A stretch of 64,000 bases of DNA from Candidatus Cloacimonadota bacterium. GTDB lineage: Bacteria; Cloacimonadota; Cloacimonadia; JGIOTU-2. Location of the stretch: contig JAUWMT010000003.1 in NCBI GenBank assembly GCA_030613025.1, positions 14,752-78,751 on the forward strand, in the 5' to 3' direction. Every line of letters begins with the position of its first letter. Position 1 is the first letter of the stretch. Below the pieces are notes generated by a model that made no database searches, was not told the origin of the DNA, and saw only the letters and a list, made by a program, of their open reading frames with translations. The position numbers were made by a program, and so were the translations under genes. Positions 1 to 10,098 of this stretch are shown piece after piece.

Positions 1-1
1 A

Positions 2-2197
2 TTCTATTTTATTAATAATTTTGATGCTTTTAAAATAAATTCCTCTTTTGATATCACTCCAAAGATATGGAATACTGTCACACAAAAAGAGATCGAGTCC
101 AAACCCCGCTATACTCAACAATACTCTATCGAAACTGAGATCGACTCGATTGCCGGACAGATACACCACTTGATGAAAGATGGTCGAAACATCTCTAAAA
201 TAAAAGTGGCTGCATCCAGTATGGATGCATATCTTCCAGTGATACGGAAAATCTTTCCCTCCTATGGAATCCCCTATCACTCACTTGCGGGTAATAGATT
301 GATCGAAAAACCTCTCACAAATTTTATGATCTCTCTGCTCACAATTATGCTCTCATCGGAAAGACTTACCTGGAATACAGTATCCTCTCTTGTGCTCCAT
401 CCTCTTTTTGATACCGTAAGGGACATTTTCGAACTCGACTCACATTTGAGAATAAATGGAATTCACTATTTTAGTGATATTACCGAGATCAAAGACATCA
501 AAACATATTCTGAAGCTATTCATCGCATTACAGATTTGTTCAGCAATATAAAAGATATAGCAATCAATTTATCAGGCACTTCACTTCTTGAGAGAATTGA
601 TAATTTGTTTAATGAAACTGGTATCAGCACAAAGATAGAACAGAATGAAATCATGCAGGAATCCTATCGCTATATTCAAAAATGTATAAAAAATACTGTA
701 AACATTTATCGTGATATTGGGCTTCAGTTCAAACCTGATAATCTTTTAAAAGATATAAAAAAAGCTCTGAAAAACCAGGAGATCCCTTCTCGAAGAGGAG
801 AAAAAGGCATTGAGGTCCTTGGGTTCGTGGATACGCTTGAACTTAATGGTGTGATCCTTTTCATTGCCGGATTATCAGAAAACTACTTCCCTGTTCCGCA
901 GAAAAATAATCCCTTTGCTTCATCCATTCCGGCATATAACTGGGAAAAAAGTGTGATGCTTCTCAACCATTGGCAAGAACTGGATTCTGAGCTTTACTAC
1001 TCCTGCGCAGAGCGGGATATGGACGGAAATGTTCTCAATCCATCAACCCTGCTGGAAACATTTACACAAACTAATGAAATCAATGATCAAGCCACCGAAC
1101 CGATCACTGCCCGCCAGCATTATCTTACATATTATGATCATATAATTGAAAACCCGATCCTGCCCGTTTTGAAGCGTCATAATGAATATCAAACCGACGC
1201 AGTTGGTTCTTACAAAGGTTTGGTGAAAACCGATGGAAAATCCACATTCGCCTTTTCTGCAAGTGATATGAACACGCTCATTCAATGCCCTATGCAGTAT
1301 CTGTTCAAAGATGTACTTAATTTAAAACGGCTCTTCTATGATGAAGATGCGGAGCAAAGACTTCAACTTGGAAATGTTATTCATAAGGCGCTTGAATATT
1401 TCGGAAAAAATAACGGATTCCCAATATTAATAGAAAGCACTGCAAAAGCTCTCGATCTGCTTGCAGAATCCCTTTCCTATGCCCTTAATAAATTTCATAT
1501 TGATACCGATAGAGACCTTTTCTTCAGAAGAGTATATTCACCCTATGCAGATGGACTAAGCTCTGGTAAAGATGATAATCTGCTGGTACAGCTTCTTACA
1601 TTTGACAGCGATTATTTAAAAGAATATTCACCAATCAATTTTGAGCAGGTTTTCGGTATGCTGGAATCCGGAAAAGATGACACATGGACTGTTTACCCTC
1701 TCAAGAATGAAGAAGTCACACTGCACTTTCGAGGAAAGATAGATGGCATTTTCCAAAAGAACGATCAACCTGAAATACTTGGCATAGATTACAAAACCGG
1801 CTTCAACCCCAGTCCTACCGAGATCGAAAATTTCTGGGATATTCAACCGTTCTTATACATTCTTGTCATGAAATCACATTTTCCAGAAAGCAAGATCGCA
1901 TTTCTCTACGAATCATTAAAAGACATTGCAAAATCAAAGGACAAGCAGCTTACTTTATATGAAGATAATGAGCTATTCATTATCACTCAGAAAAAAACAA
2001 TGCTCAGTCAATCCAAAGAAGCCACAAAGAATCTCCTTCTTCATTATGGAACAAAAGCGACGAAAGGTGAGTTTCATATTCGGGAAAGGGAGTATGGCAG
2101 CAAACCATGCAGCTATTGCGATTTCAAACGACTCTGCCGAAAAGATTGCTTCCCTTCTCAAATAAAAGACCTCCTTCAAATCACAGAAAATATCTAA
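2..2197 (+). CDS. AddB/RexB-like PD-(D/E)XK nuclease (5' truncated by the window; frame is open from base 2)
   Basis: FSAS..CPMQY, GNVIHKALE, RGKIDG..IDYKTG and C-terminal CSYCDFKRLC Fe-S motif. Confidence 0.8.
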   Translation, partial: FYFINNFDAFKINSSFDITPKIWNTVTQKEIESKPRYTQQYSIETEIDSIAGQIHHLMKDGRNISKIKVAASSMDAYLPVIRKIFPSYGIPYHSLAGNRLIEKPLTNFMISLLTIMLSSERLTWNTVSSLVLHPLFDTVRDIFELDSHLRINGIHYFSDITEIKDIKTYSEAIHRITDLFSNIKDIAINLSGTSLLERIDNLFNETGISTKIEQNEIMQESYRYIQKCIKNTVNIYRDIGLQFKPDNLLKDIKKALKNQEIPSRRGEKGIEVLGFVDTLELNGVILFIAGLSENYFPVPQKNNPFASSIPAYNWEKSVMLLNHWQELDSELYYSCAERDMDGNVLNPSTLLETFTQTNEINDQATEPITARQHYLTYYDHIIENPILPVLKRHNEYQTDAVGSYKGLVKTDGKSTFAFSASDMNTLIQCPMQYLFKDVLNLKRLFYDEDAEQRLQLGNVIHKALEYFGKNNGFPILIESTAKALDLLAESLSYALNKFHIDTDRDLFFRRVYSPYADGLSSGKDDNLLVQLLTFDSDYLKEYSPINFEQVFGMLESGKDDTWTVYPLKNEEVTLHFRGKIDGIFQKNDQPEILGIDYKTGFNPSPTEIENFWDIQPFLYILVMKSHFPESKIAFLYESLKDIAKSKDKQLTLYEDNELFIITQKKTMLSQSKEATKNLLLHYGTKATKGEFHIREREYGSKPCSYCDFKRLCRKDCFPSQIKDLLQITENI

Positions 2198-2424
2198 AAG
2201 GGGTACTATGAAGACAGGATTAGTTTCTGTTTTTATCCCGACAATGATTTTGATCTTCAGGTAAAAGTAATTATTAATGGAAAAACCTATTTCGATAATT
2301 AAATCGAAACAGGTCGAGAATTCATGATGGATAACTTTCTGAGAAACCGCGACAGGACAGCACTCTGGGTAAAGAAAGTGGAGTTTGGGTTGTGAAACAG
2401 AAGTACGATTGTTTAAAAATAAAT

Positions 2425-2452
2425 TTGACAATGAGAATTATACATTTATATT
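2425..2452 (+). promoter_or_regulatory. Sigma70-like promoter
   Basis: TTGACA-16 nt-TATATT about 50 nt upstream of ATG 2501. Confidence 0.5.
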
Positions 2453-2500
2453 CTCGTTGCAAAATACAAAAAAATAATCTTTATAAGTTAAGGTGGTTAT

Positions 2501-3157
2501 ATGAAAAAGATTAGTATGTGTTTTATTTTCATTTTATTCACAGTTTCTTTTTTGCACGCTCAATTTAATCCACCACAAAATTTTTATATCGAACATAATT
2601 ATGTTTGTCCCTGTAATTTTTATCATTTATATTGGGATCCACCTGAACCGGGAACACCACAACTCGTTAATTATAATGTATATAGAAATTGGGAAGTGAT
2701 TGCCACAGTTTCACCAAATACATTATCGTACTCTGAGATCGATCCTCCATGGTATCAAGGTACTCCATATATTTATTATTATATCACTGCCCTTTATGAA
2801 AATCCTAGTGGAGAATCGACTCCGACAGATACTATATGCTGTGGAGTTGCAGTAACGAATGATGATGAAGTCACACCTTCTTCCAAACCGGTGTTAACGA
2901 ACCGACCTAATCCTTTCATGAGCACTACAACTATTGATTTTAGCATTCAGAAGGATTCTTATGTAACTCTATCTGTGTACAATGTGAAAGGCGAGGTTGT
3001 TACGACACTTGTGAATGAGCTAAAATCCATTGGTGATTACCACCTTGCATGGAATGGGAAAGATGCGTCGGGTACAGATGTCCCTTCTGGAATGTATTTT
3101 TGTAATATAAAGACTGAATTTACTACGATTTCTAAAAAACTCGTCGTAATAAGATAA
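2501..3157 (+). CDS. Secreted FN3-like protein with FlgD-Ig/Por-type CTD
   Basis: Signal peptide; WDPP..YNVYR..GES FN3-like module; NRPNPF..YNVKGE..WNGKD..SGMYF CTD. Confidence 0.8.
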   Translation: MKKISMCFIFILFTVSFLHAQFNPPQNFYIEHNYVCPCNFYHLYWDPPEPGTPQLVNYNVYRNWEVIATVSPNTLSYSEIDPPWYQGTPYIYYYITALYENPSGESTPTDTICCGVAVTNDDEVTPSSKPVLTNRPNPFMSTTTIDFSIQKDSYVTLSVYNVKGEVVTTLVNELKSIGDYHLAWNGKDASGTDVPSGMYFCNIKTEFTTISKKLVVIR

Positions 3158-3290
3158 TTATTTAAAGAATTACCTTGTCATAAGTCGAAGAGCTTGTGAC
3201 AAGTAATTTGTATGAGGAGTCAGAGACCACTCCCTGACTGATTCGTATGTCATGGAATGGTCCATGACACCCCCAGCCATAGTATTATAT

Positions 3291-4043
3291 CTATATCCTG
3301 AACATCACTCCAAACACGATATGATGAAAGAGTGCGTAGTTATACACTGCATCTTTATCTGCGCCGCCTTCGAGGAATCTGTAGCCAAGTTTCACACTTA
3401 CTTTATCAGAAATACAACCAGTCCATGCAAAAAGGATATCCTCTGCTCTTCCATGAGGAGTTGCAATCGCATCACCTTCAATACGAAAATTCATACAGGG
3501 AGTGAATTTCCATACAAAAAGGAAGTTGATGAGCGGCATAAATCCGACATTGCTTTTTGAAGATTCAACTACTGTGCCAAAATTATCCTGACCCTTAATG
3601 CTGATCTTGGCATCTCTGATCATACCGGTCAATCCAATTCCGATCTGGAAGTGTTTGGAATTAATAAAATCCCACCTGTAGGAAAGCCGCCAGGAATTGA
3701 ATTTATATATCGCTTTTACCTCATGAATGCTGGAATAACTTTGTCCCGCAAAATTAAAATTCTGTTTTGGTTTCCCCTTATAGGTTTTCGTAAAGGGAGC
3801 TAAAAGCACAGATATGGTATGTCGTTCCGCAAAAGTATAGTTGAATTTCACTCTAAAAAACAGGGAAGCATTAGATCCAATATCTTTTTGTAAAGAAAAC
3901 GGACTTCCAGTGTTGCCCGGCACTCTTACATCATTATATCCGCTCAAGTTTAGTCCGGTTTCCAGGTCTGCTATGAATTGCGCATGAATTATTGGAACGC
4001 ATAAAAAAAGAATTAATAAACAAATTACGATTAATTTTCTCAT
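3291..4043 (-). CDS. Putative outer-membrane beta-barrel protein
   Basis: Signal peptide MRKLIVICLL..IHA; alternating beta-strand pattern; GYRFLEGGAD; C-terminal GVMFRI. Confidence 0.6.
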   Translation of the reverse strand: MRKLIVICLLILFLCVPIIHAQFIADLETGLNLSGYNDVRVPGNTGSPFSLQKDIGSNASLFFRVKFNYTFAERHTISVLLAPFTKTYKGKPKQNFNFAGQSYSSIHEVKAIYKFNSWRLSYRWDFINSKHFQIGIGLTGMIRDAKISIKGQDNFGTVVESSKSNVGFMPLINFLFVWKFTPCMNFRIEGDAIATPHGRAEDILFAWTGCISDKVSVKLGYRFLEGGADKDAVYNYALFHHIVFGVMFRI

Positions 4044-4077
4044 TATTATACCTCTAAACTGTATTTTAATATGACGC

Positions 4078-4908
4078 TCACTTGTCTTCTTTGAACAAAT
4101 GTACATCTGTCTGCGGGAAGGGAATAGAGATATTTTCCTGGTCAAAGGTTAGCTTCACCTTCTCCTGCATATCATAATAAACATTCCAGTATTTTGCATT
4201 ATCACACCAAACTTTTACTGCAAAATTAACAGAGCTGTCACCCAAGCTGGAAACTGCAATTAGTGGAGACGGATCTTTCAATATTCGGGAATCTTCCTTA
4301 ACCAACCCGGCTAACACCTCTTTTGCTTTCTTTATATCATCACCATATCCTATCCCAAAAGTCATGTCCACCCGCCGAATGGGTTCATTTGAATAGTTTG
4401 TGATATTACCATTCGAGAGAGTACCATTCGGGATATAGATCATTTTATTATCGAAAGTTTTCATAATAGTATTGAAAATCTGTATCTCATGAACTTTCCC
4501 GACAAATCCCTGAGCTTCGATAGTATCCCCAACTTTGAATGGTTTGAGTAGAAGTATTAGTACGCCACCGGCAAAGTTCGACATACTACCTTGCAGTGCA
4601 AGACCGATCGCAAAGGTTGCAGCACCGAGAATTGCAATAAATGATGTTGTGGCAATTCCTATCATAGATGCCACACTGATCAAGAGCAACACTTTCAGCA
4701 GAACTGTGATCATACTGATGAGAAATTTCTGCAATGATATCTCAACATGTCCTTTTTGCATTGCTTTTGTAACAAGTTTTTTGATGCCTTTTATGATCCA
4801 CATACCGATAATGAGAACCAGAATTGCCAATATTAATTTGGGACCATACTCCATAACTAGTTCAATCGCCTTATTCAAATATGGTTTTGTTGCTTGAACC
4901 GCATCCAT
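4078..4908 (-). CDS. mscS: Small-conductance mechanosensitive channel
   Basis: AIGLALQGSMSNFAGG, PFKVGD, IPNG, IPFPQ motifs. Confidence 0.95.
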   Translation of the reverse strand: MDAVQATKPYLNKAIELVMEYGPKLILAILVLIIGMWIIKGIKKLVTKAMQKGHVEISLQKFLISMITVLLKVLLLISVASMIGIATTSFIAILGAATFAIGLALQGSMSNFAGGVLILLLKPFKVGDTIEAQGFVGKVHEIQIFNTIMKTFDNKMIYIPNGTLSNGNITNYSNEPIRRVDMTFGIGYGDDIKKAKEVLAGLVKEDSRILKDPSPLIAVSSLGDSSVNFAVKVWCDNAKYWNVYYDMQEKVKLTFDQENISIPFPQTDVHLFKEDK

Positions 4909-4935
4909 ATTAAAATCCTTTCTTTAATATATTAT

Positions 4936-5400
4936 TCATTCTTTGGGTTTGATATACCAGTGTTTTTTACCTTTCAAAAATTCCTGTTTCCCCTTTTTCT
5001 TTATGATCTTCATGTTTTGCAGGTGTGCATCGCCATGGTTGGTTTTCAGGAATGCGAGCTTCCCACAGGACATGAAATCATCACACTCCCAGCAACCGTC
5101 ATACCTCTTCTTCACACAACAGCTTCTGATATTGCAAAAAGGGTTTCCACCGCCGTCTCTGCAAGATTTTCTGCAACGAAGCTTTACCATTGCACCCAGC
5201 ACTTTGTAACAGGTATGATAATCCTCGAACTCCTTGAAAAATGGAATCTCAGAAAGCGCATCAGCGGTCTTATCAAACCTGTAGTTCCTTAATTCTTTTC
5301 GTAGATCACGAGCCAGGTCTGCGATTGTTCCTGTGTAACTAAAACACTCGCTGCAGTATAAGCCACAATAGGCAATTAAATCAATTTTACTTTTTATCAT
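4936..5400 (-). CDS. DUF3795-like Cys-rich protein
   Basis: AYCGLYCSEC...CRKSCR..C.IRSCC..CWECDDFMSC. Confidence 0.75.
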   Translation of the reverse strand: MIKSKIDLIAYCGLYCSECFSYTGTIADLARDLRKELRNYRFDKTADALSEIPFFKEFEDYHTCYKVLGAMVKLRCRKSCRDGGGNPFCNIRSCCVKKRYDGCWECDDFMSCGKLAFLKTNHGDAHLQNMKIIKKKGKQEFLKGKKHWYIKPKE

Positions 5401-5686
5401 ACTTGATCATCCGAATAATCATATTGATAAACTGGAGAATTTCTCCAAGAAGTCAACTTTTTTAAAATATTGTTTCCTAACTGGGATAAACAGAAACCAA
5501 AAATAATTCACCACAGAGAGCACAGAGAAAATCTCCTCTTGTTCGTCTCGCCATAATGAAATGAAGGCGGAAGAGGAGTACTCCGCCAGCTGGCGGAGGG
5601 AGGTGTGTTTCATTGGAAATTCATCCCGAAAGCGTTTGAGATTTACTCCCGAAGACATTCGAGATAAGAAATTTAAGATTAAGTGC

Positions 5687-6337
5687 CTATTTGGGTGAGG
5701 TGCCGCAGCCATTATATTCTTTTCCGTTAAAAAAAAACTCAACATGATAAGGAAAAGTCTGATCACTTTTTTTATCATAGCATTTCTTCTCTGTGATGAT
5801 AACTTTCAGAGTATGCTCTTCCGATTGTGCATTATACACTTTTGCACCTTTCCCCGTTTTCTCTAAAGATGATGAGGAGAATCGGTACACTTTATTTTTC
5901 TTATCAAAAAATACTGCAATTTCATTATCAAAGATCGTTAGTGACCAACGCGGATCATTGCTCATAGCCCAGAAATAATCTGCTGGTAATTTTACCTGCC
6001 GTTCATTAGGATGCACCAATTCGCAGTTCTGATAGGATTCATCACCGATCGTGATCATTGCCATATCACCCTTATTCCAGAACTCATTCACACCATCACT
6101 ATAGCGTGCTCCCGAAGCGGAAAGTGCACGTGGCAATTTGTACACCTCGTAACCGTGATACAGATACGCAGCATCATCCTGAAAGTGGACTGTGTAAAAC
6201 TCATCATTTTCACACTGAAATACAAACACATTATCAGCAGGGATGTTATATTTAGGAGGAGAATTGAAATGGCACTTTTTTGTACATGAACACATAAGAA
6301 GAATAATGGCAAGTATCGGAATCATGATTTTTTTCAT
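5687..6337 (-). CDS. Lipoprotein with MliC (lysozyme inhibitor) domain plus COG3650-like domain
   Basis: Lipobox LMCSC; SASGARY..FWNKG MliC motif; NDPRWSL..C.D..GCG C-terminal domain. Confidence 0.75.
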   Translation of the reverse strand: MKKIMIPILAIILLMCSCTKKCHFNSPPKYNIPADNVFVFQCENDEFYTVHFQDDAAYLYHGYEVYKLPRALSASGARYSDGVNEFWNKGDMAMITIGDESYQNCELVHPNERQVKLPADYFWAMSNDPRWSLTIFDNEIAVFFDKKNKVYRFSSSSLEKTGKGAKVYNAQSEEHTLKVIITEKKCYDKKSDQTFPYHVEFFFNGKEYNGCGTSPK

Positions 6338-6486
6338 GGCATCTCCATTGCTTAATTGAATACAAAAGATATAATTTTTCTCATATAAGTTTTGTCAATG
6401 TTATCGGAAAACTTGCGAATAAATAATGCTGACAGGAAATTTTGTTCATCTAAAAATGTTAACTAAAAAACAAAATATTCACTCAT

Positions 6487-6680
6487 GAGTTTGCTCTAAA
6501 AAGGCTATAATTAGAAATATGTTAGAGAAATTATTAAATATTTGGAAACAGATGAATCGGTTGAAAGTTACTATCTTCCTATTAACCACCAACTTAAGTT
6601 GGTGGTTAATGAAACAAAAAAACATTAACCGTTTTAACGGTTTCTTGTTTTATTAAATCTGGCTTTTTTAGAGTGAATTC
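6487..6680. mobile_element. MITE-like element, 194 bp, inserted at the mfd start codon
   Basis: TIRs GAGTTTGCTCTAAAAA / TTTTTAGAGTGAATTC; ACTCAT duplicated at 6481-6486 and 6681-6686; internal palindromes; related copy at about 44529-44783. Confidence 0.8.
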
Positions 6681-6684
6681 ACTC

Positions 6685-9600
6685 ATGTTTTATAAAAAAT
6701 TAGAAACCTATCTCAACCGATCAAGCCAATTTTCGAAATTGCTTCAATTGGTAAACACTGTACAGAAGCTCCGCCTCTCCGGATTGAACAGCTCTGCAAA
6801 AGCTCTTGCACTTAGCCATGTTTTCAGTAATTCTGATAAATCCATATTGCTCGTTACCGAAAATGATTCAATTGCTCAACACACCTGTGATGATCTTGAA
6901 GTGCTTCTGGGCAAGGAAAGAATATTCCATCACTCTGGTTATGAACTTCTTCCCTACGAGCGATTCTCTCCAAGAAAAACAGTTCAACTCGAACGAAGCA
7001 ATACACTTTCCGCAGCAGTTTCAGGAAAAACAGGCATTTATGTTGTTTCATTAAAGGAATTACTTAGATCCATCAGTCATCCGCAAATATATAAAAAACT
7101 TCTTCTCATTCTTGAAAAAGATAAAGAATACAATATTGATTCTGTGCTATCACACCTTGTTTCAGCGGGCTACGAAAACACCTCACAGATCACCCAAGCC
7201 GGTGAGATAAGTAAACGCGGCGGTATTCTTGATATTTTCTCTCCCCAATATAAGAATCCTCTCCGATTGGAATTTTGGGGTGATGAGATAACTTCGATCC
7301 GTGAATTCGATCTGTCATCCCAGCTTTCATTAAGAGAAGATCTAACCGAAATAATTGCACAGCCAATACGCGAACTTTCGCTGGAGCATTTAAAAACAAA
7401 TATTCCGGAACGCCTTCAGAATCGAATTGCCGAACATGGATTTTACGAGGGAATCGAGCATGATATGTCATTGCTTCTTGATAAAACTTCCTCTTTTCTA
7501 TCCTACTTTACTTCAGAGGATTGTATATTAGCTTTCGATAATGAAGAAAAATTTGCAGGTGCAGAAACGTATCTATTAGAAGAAGTTCACGAAAATTATA
7601 CAAAAAAAATTTCACATGTGAATCTGGAATTTGTCCCTGAACCCAGCGCACTTTTCAAAAAACGAACTGACCTTGACATAAAACCCTTTCAGACACTTCA
7701 TCTCACACAAGCTGATATAAAAACAGTAACCTCGTATATCGATTTTCCCTGCAAAGCGCAGATGAATTATAATAGCAAATTGTCACTGCTTACAGATGAT
7801 ATCGACCAACTTATAAAAAAACACTATTCTGTTTTCATCCAGTCCGATAATAAGAGCCAGAGCAACCGCATGCAGACAATGCTTTCTGATCATGAAGAAA
7901 ATATTCATTTTCATGTTGGGGTATTTCAAAAAGGATTCATTCTTGAAGATGCTGCACTTGCAGTCTTCACGGATCATGAAATTTTTAACCGCTACAGGCA
8001 GAAACGCAGGTTTGCTCATTTTAAAAAAGCAGAAGCACTTTCGGATTACGAAGCTCTCAAACCAGGTGATTATGTCGTTCATATAGATTACGGCATTGGA
8101 ATTTTTCAGGGTATTGAGAACATCTCGGTTCAGGAACGGAATATGGACTGTCTGCTACTTTTGTATGCAGATAATGACAAAATCTATGTCCCGACAGATC
8201 AGCTTCAGCAGGTGGCTAAATTCGTCACACAAGAGGGAATCATACCTGAACTGCACAAGCTGGACAGTACTCGCTGGGAAACCACAAAGAAGAAGCTAAA
8301 GAAAGATGTTGAGCAGATCGCTGCAGAGCTCCTCTACCTGTATGCTCAGAGAAAAATTGCTGCCGGATATGCATTTTCTGATGATACCGAATGGCAGAAG
8401 GATGTTGAATCTTCTTTCATTTATGAAGATACACCAGATCAGATAAAAGCCACTGAAGAGGTCAAAGCAGATATGGAGACGGCAATCCCCATGGAACGCC
8501 TCATCTGCGGTGATGTGGGATTTGGAAAAACAGAAGTAGCTGTCCGGGCTGCCTTTAAAACTGTAATGGACAGCAAGCAGGTTGCCCTTCTTGTCCCAAC
8601 TACGATTCTCGCAGAACAGCATTATGTCACTTTTTCAGAGCGATTAAAGGATTACCCTGTTCGAATAGAAATGTTAAGCAGATTCGTCACACCAACCAAA
8701 CAAAAAGTTATCATCGACAGGATCAAATATGGTGAAGTTGACATAATAATCGGCACACACCGTTTGCTTTCAAAGGATGTTGAATTCAAAGAACTCGGGC
8801 TGATCATTATTGACGAAGAACAGCGATTCGGAGTTCGGCACAAAGAAAGGTTGAAAGCTCTCAAGCATAATGTGGATGTGCTCATGCTGTCTGCAACACC
8901 GATACCGAGAACGCTGAACATGGCACTTACAGGTGTTAAGGACATGACTATCATGAACACACCTCCGGAAAATCGGCTTCCTGTGCGAACTGCTGTGATC
9001 GAATATAATGAAGATATGATCATCGCTTCAATACGCAGGGAGATAGACCGGCAGGGACAGGTCTTCTTCCTTCATAATAGAGTTGAAACCATTTACGGCA
9101 TGGAAGAAAAACTGAGTGCTTTGATTAAGGGCGTGGACTTCCGGGTTGCTCATGCACAGATGTCCGCGCGTGAACTCGAACAGGTCATGCTGGATTTTTA
9201 TCATCACGAGTTTGATGTGCTCATATGCACTACAATTATTGAATCGGGCATTGATATTCCCAATGTTAATACGATAATCATAAACCGTGCTGACAAATTC
9301 GGGCTTGCACAACTCTATCAATTACGCGGTCGGGTCGGGCGCTCTGACCATCAGGCATATGCCTATCTCATTGTGCCCAAAAAGATAACCAAAACTGCAC
9401 ATGAGCGTCTTAGAACCATTGAACAACATGAAGCTCTCGGTTCCGGTTTACATATTGCCATGCGTGATCTTGAGATACGTGGTGCGGGAAATATTCTCGG
9501 TAAAAAACAACATGGCATTATGAACACGATCGGTATGAACTTCTACAACCAGCTTTTGAAACGAGCCATCGAGAAGATCAAACAAGGTGAGGATAGAGAT

Positions 9601-10077
9601 ATTTTTGATGTGGAGCGATATCATACAAAAATACAATGCGAAATACCTTTTTCCTTGCCTGAAACTTATATTGAAGATGATGCGATCCGACTGAATTTTT
9701 ACAAACGCCTGAACAATGCTGAAGATGAAGCTGAATTTCAATCCTTGCAGGAAGAGATGCGTGACCGCTTCGGTCCGCTTCCCCAGGTTGCAAAGTATGT
9801 CTTCCAATATTATCATGTATCTTTCCTGCTTGCAAAGACTTCCATCTTATCAGTTTACATCGGAAAAAGAAAGATAACGATAGAAGTTGACTCAACAGTG
9901 CTTACTAGAAACAGGATCGAGGAGATCATGAAAAATATTCCACATGAAGTCCAATTCAGCATGACCAAAGGAGCAAAAATCATTGTCAAACTGTCCCACA
10001 ATAAAATTGACAGCTTCAAGGCGAACTTTGACGTTTGTATTCAAATAATTAAAATATTAGGTAAGAAAAAAACCTGA
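6685..10077 (+). CDS. mfd: Transcription-repair coupling factor
   Basis: RGGILDIF, GDYVVHIDYGIG (CarD/RID), GDVGFGKTEVA, DEEQRFG, QLRGRVGRS, TRCF C-terminus. Confidence 0.97.
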   Translation: MFYKKLETYLNRSSQFSKLLQLVNTVQKLRLSGLNSSAKALALSHVFSNSDKSILLVTENDSIAQHTCDDLEVLLGKERIFHHSGYELLPYERFSPRKTVQLERSNTLSAAVSGKTGIYVVSLKELLRSISHPQIYKKLLLILEKDKEYNIDSVLSHLVSAGYENTSQITQAGEISKRGGILDIFSPQYKNPLRLEFWGDEITSIREFDLSSQLSLREDLTEIIAQPIRELSLEHLKTNIPERLQNRIAEHGFYEGIEHDMSLLLDKTSSFLSYFTSEDCILAFDNEEKFAGAETYLLEEVHENYTKKISHVNLEFVPEPSALFKKRTDLDIKPFQTLHLTQADIKTVTSYIDFPCKAQMNYNSKLSLLTDDIDQLIKKHYSVFIQSDNKSQSNRMQTMLSDHEENIHFHVGVFQKGFILEDAALAVFTDHEIFNRYRQKRRFAHFKKAEALSDYEALKPGDYVVHIDYGIGIFQGIENISVQERNMDCLLLLYADNDKIYVPTDQLQQVAKFVTQEGIIPELHKLDSTRWETTKKKLKKDVEQIAAELLYLYAQRKIAAGYAFSDDTEWQKDVESSFIYEDTPDQIKATEEVKADMETAIPMERLICGDVGFGKTEVAVRAAFKTVMDSKQVALLVPTTILAEQHYVTFSERLKDYPVRIEMLSRFVTPTKQKVIIDRIKYGEVDIIIGTHRLLSKDVEFKELGLIIIDEEQRFGVRHKERLKALKHNVDVLMLSATPIPRTLNMALTGVKDMTIMNTPPENRLPVRTAVIEYNEDMIIASIRREIDRQGQVFFLHNRVETIYGMEEKLSALIKGVDFRVAHAQMSARELEQVMLDFYHHEFDVLICTTIIESGIDIPNVNTIIINRADKFGLAQLYQLRGRVGRSDHQAYAYLIVPKKITKTAHERLRTIEQHEALGSGLHIAMRDLEIRGAGNILGKKQHGIMNTIGMNFYNQLLKRAIEKIKQGEDRDIFDVERYHTKIQCEIPFSLPETYIEDDAIRLNFYKRLNNAEDEAEFQSLQEEMRDRFGPLPQVAKYVFQYYHVSFLLAKTSILSVYIGKRKITIEVDSTVLTRNRIEEIMKNIPHEVQFSMTKGAKIIVKLSHNKIDSFKANFDVCIQIIKILGKKKT

Positions 10078-10098
10078 TCGAACATAAGAAGGATTTAC

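Noticed and set aside
2200-2420. Possible gene remnant after the AddB-like gene
   Set aside because: A protein-like stretch with stops (YYEDRISFCFYPD..*) but no recognisable family or start; too weak to call.
5419-5778. 119-aa minus-strand ORF
   Set aside because: It overlaps the MliC gene and runs through repeat hairpins (CCACAGAGAGCACAGAG, CCGCCAGCTGGCGG).
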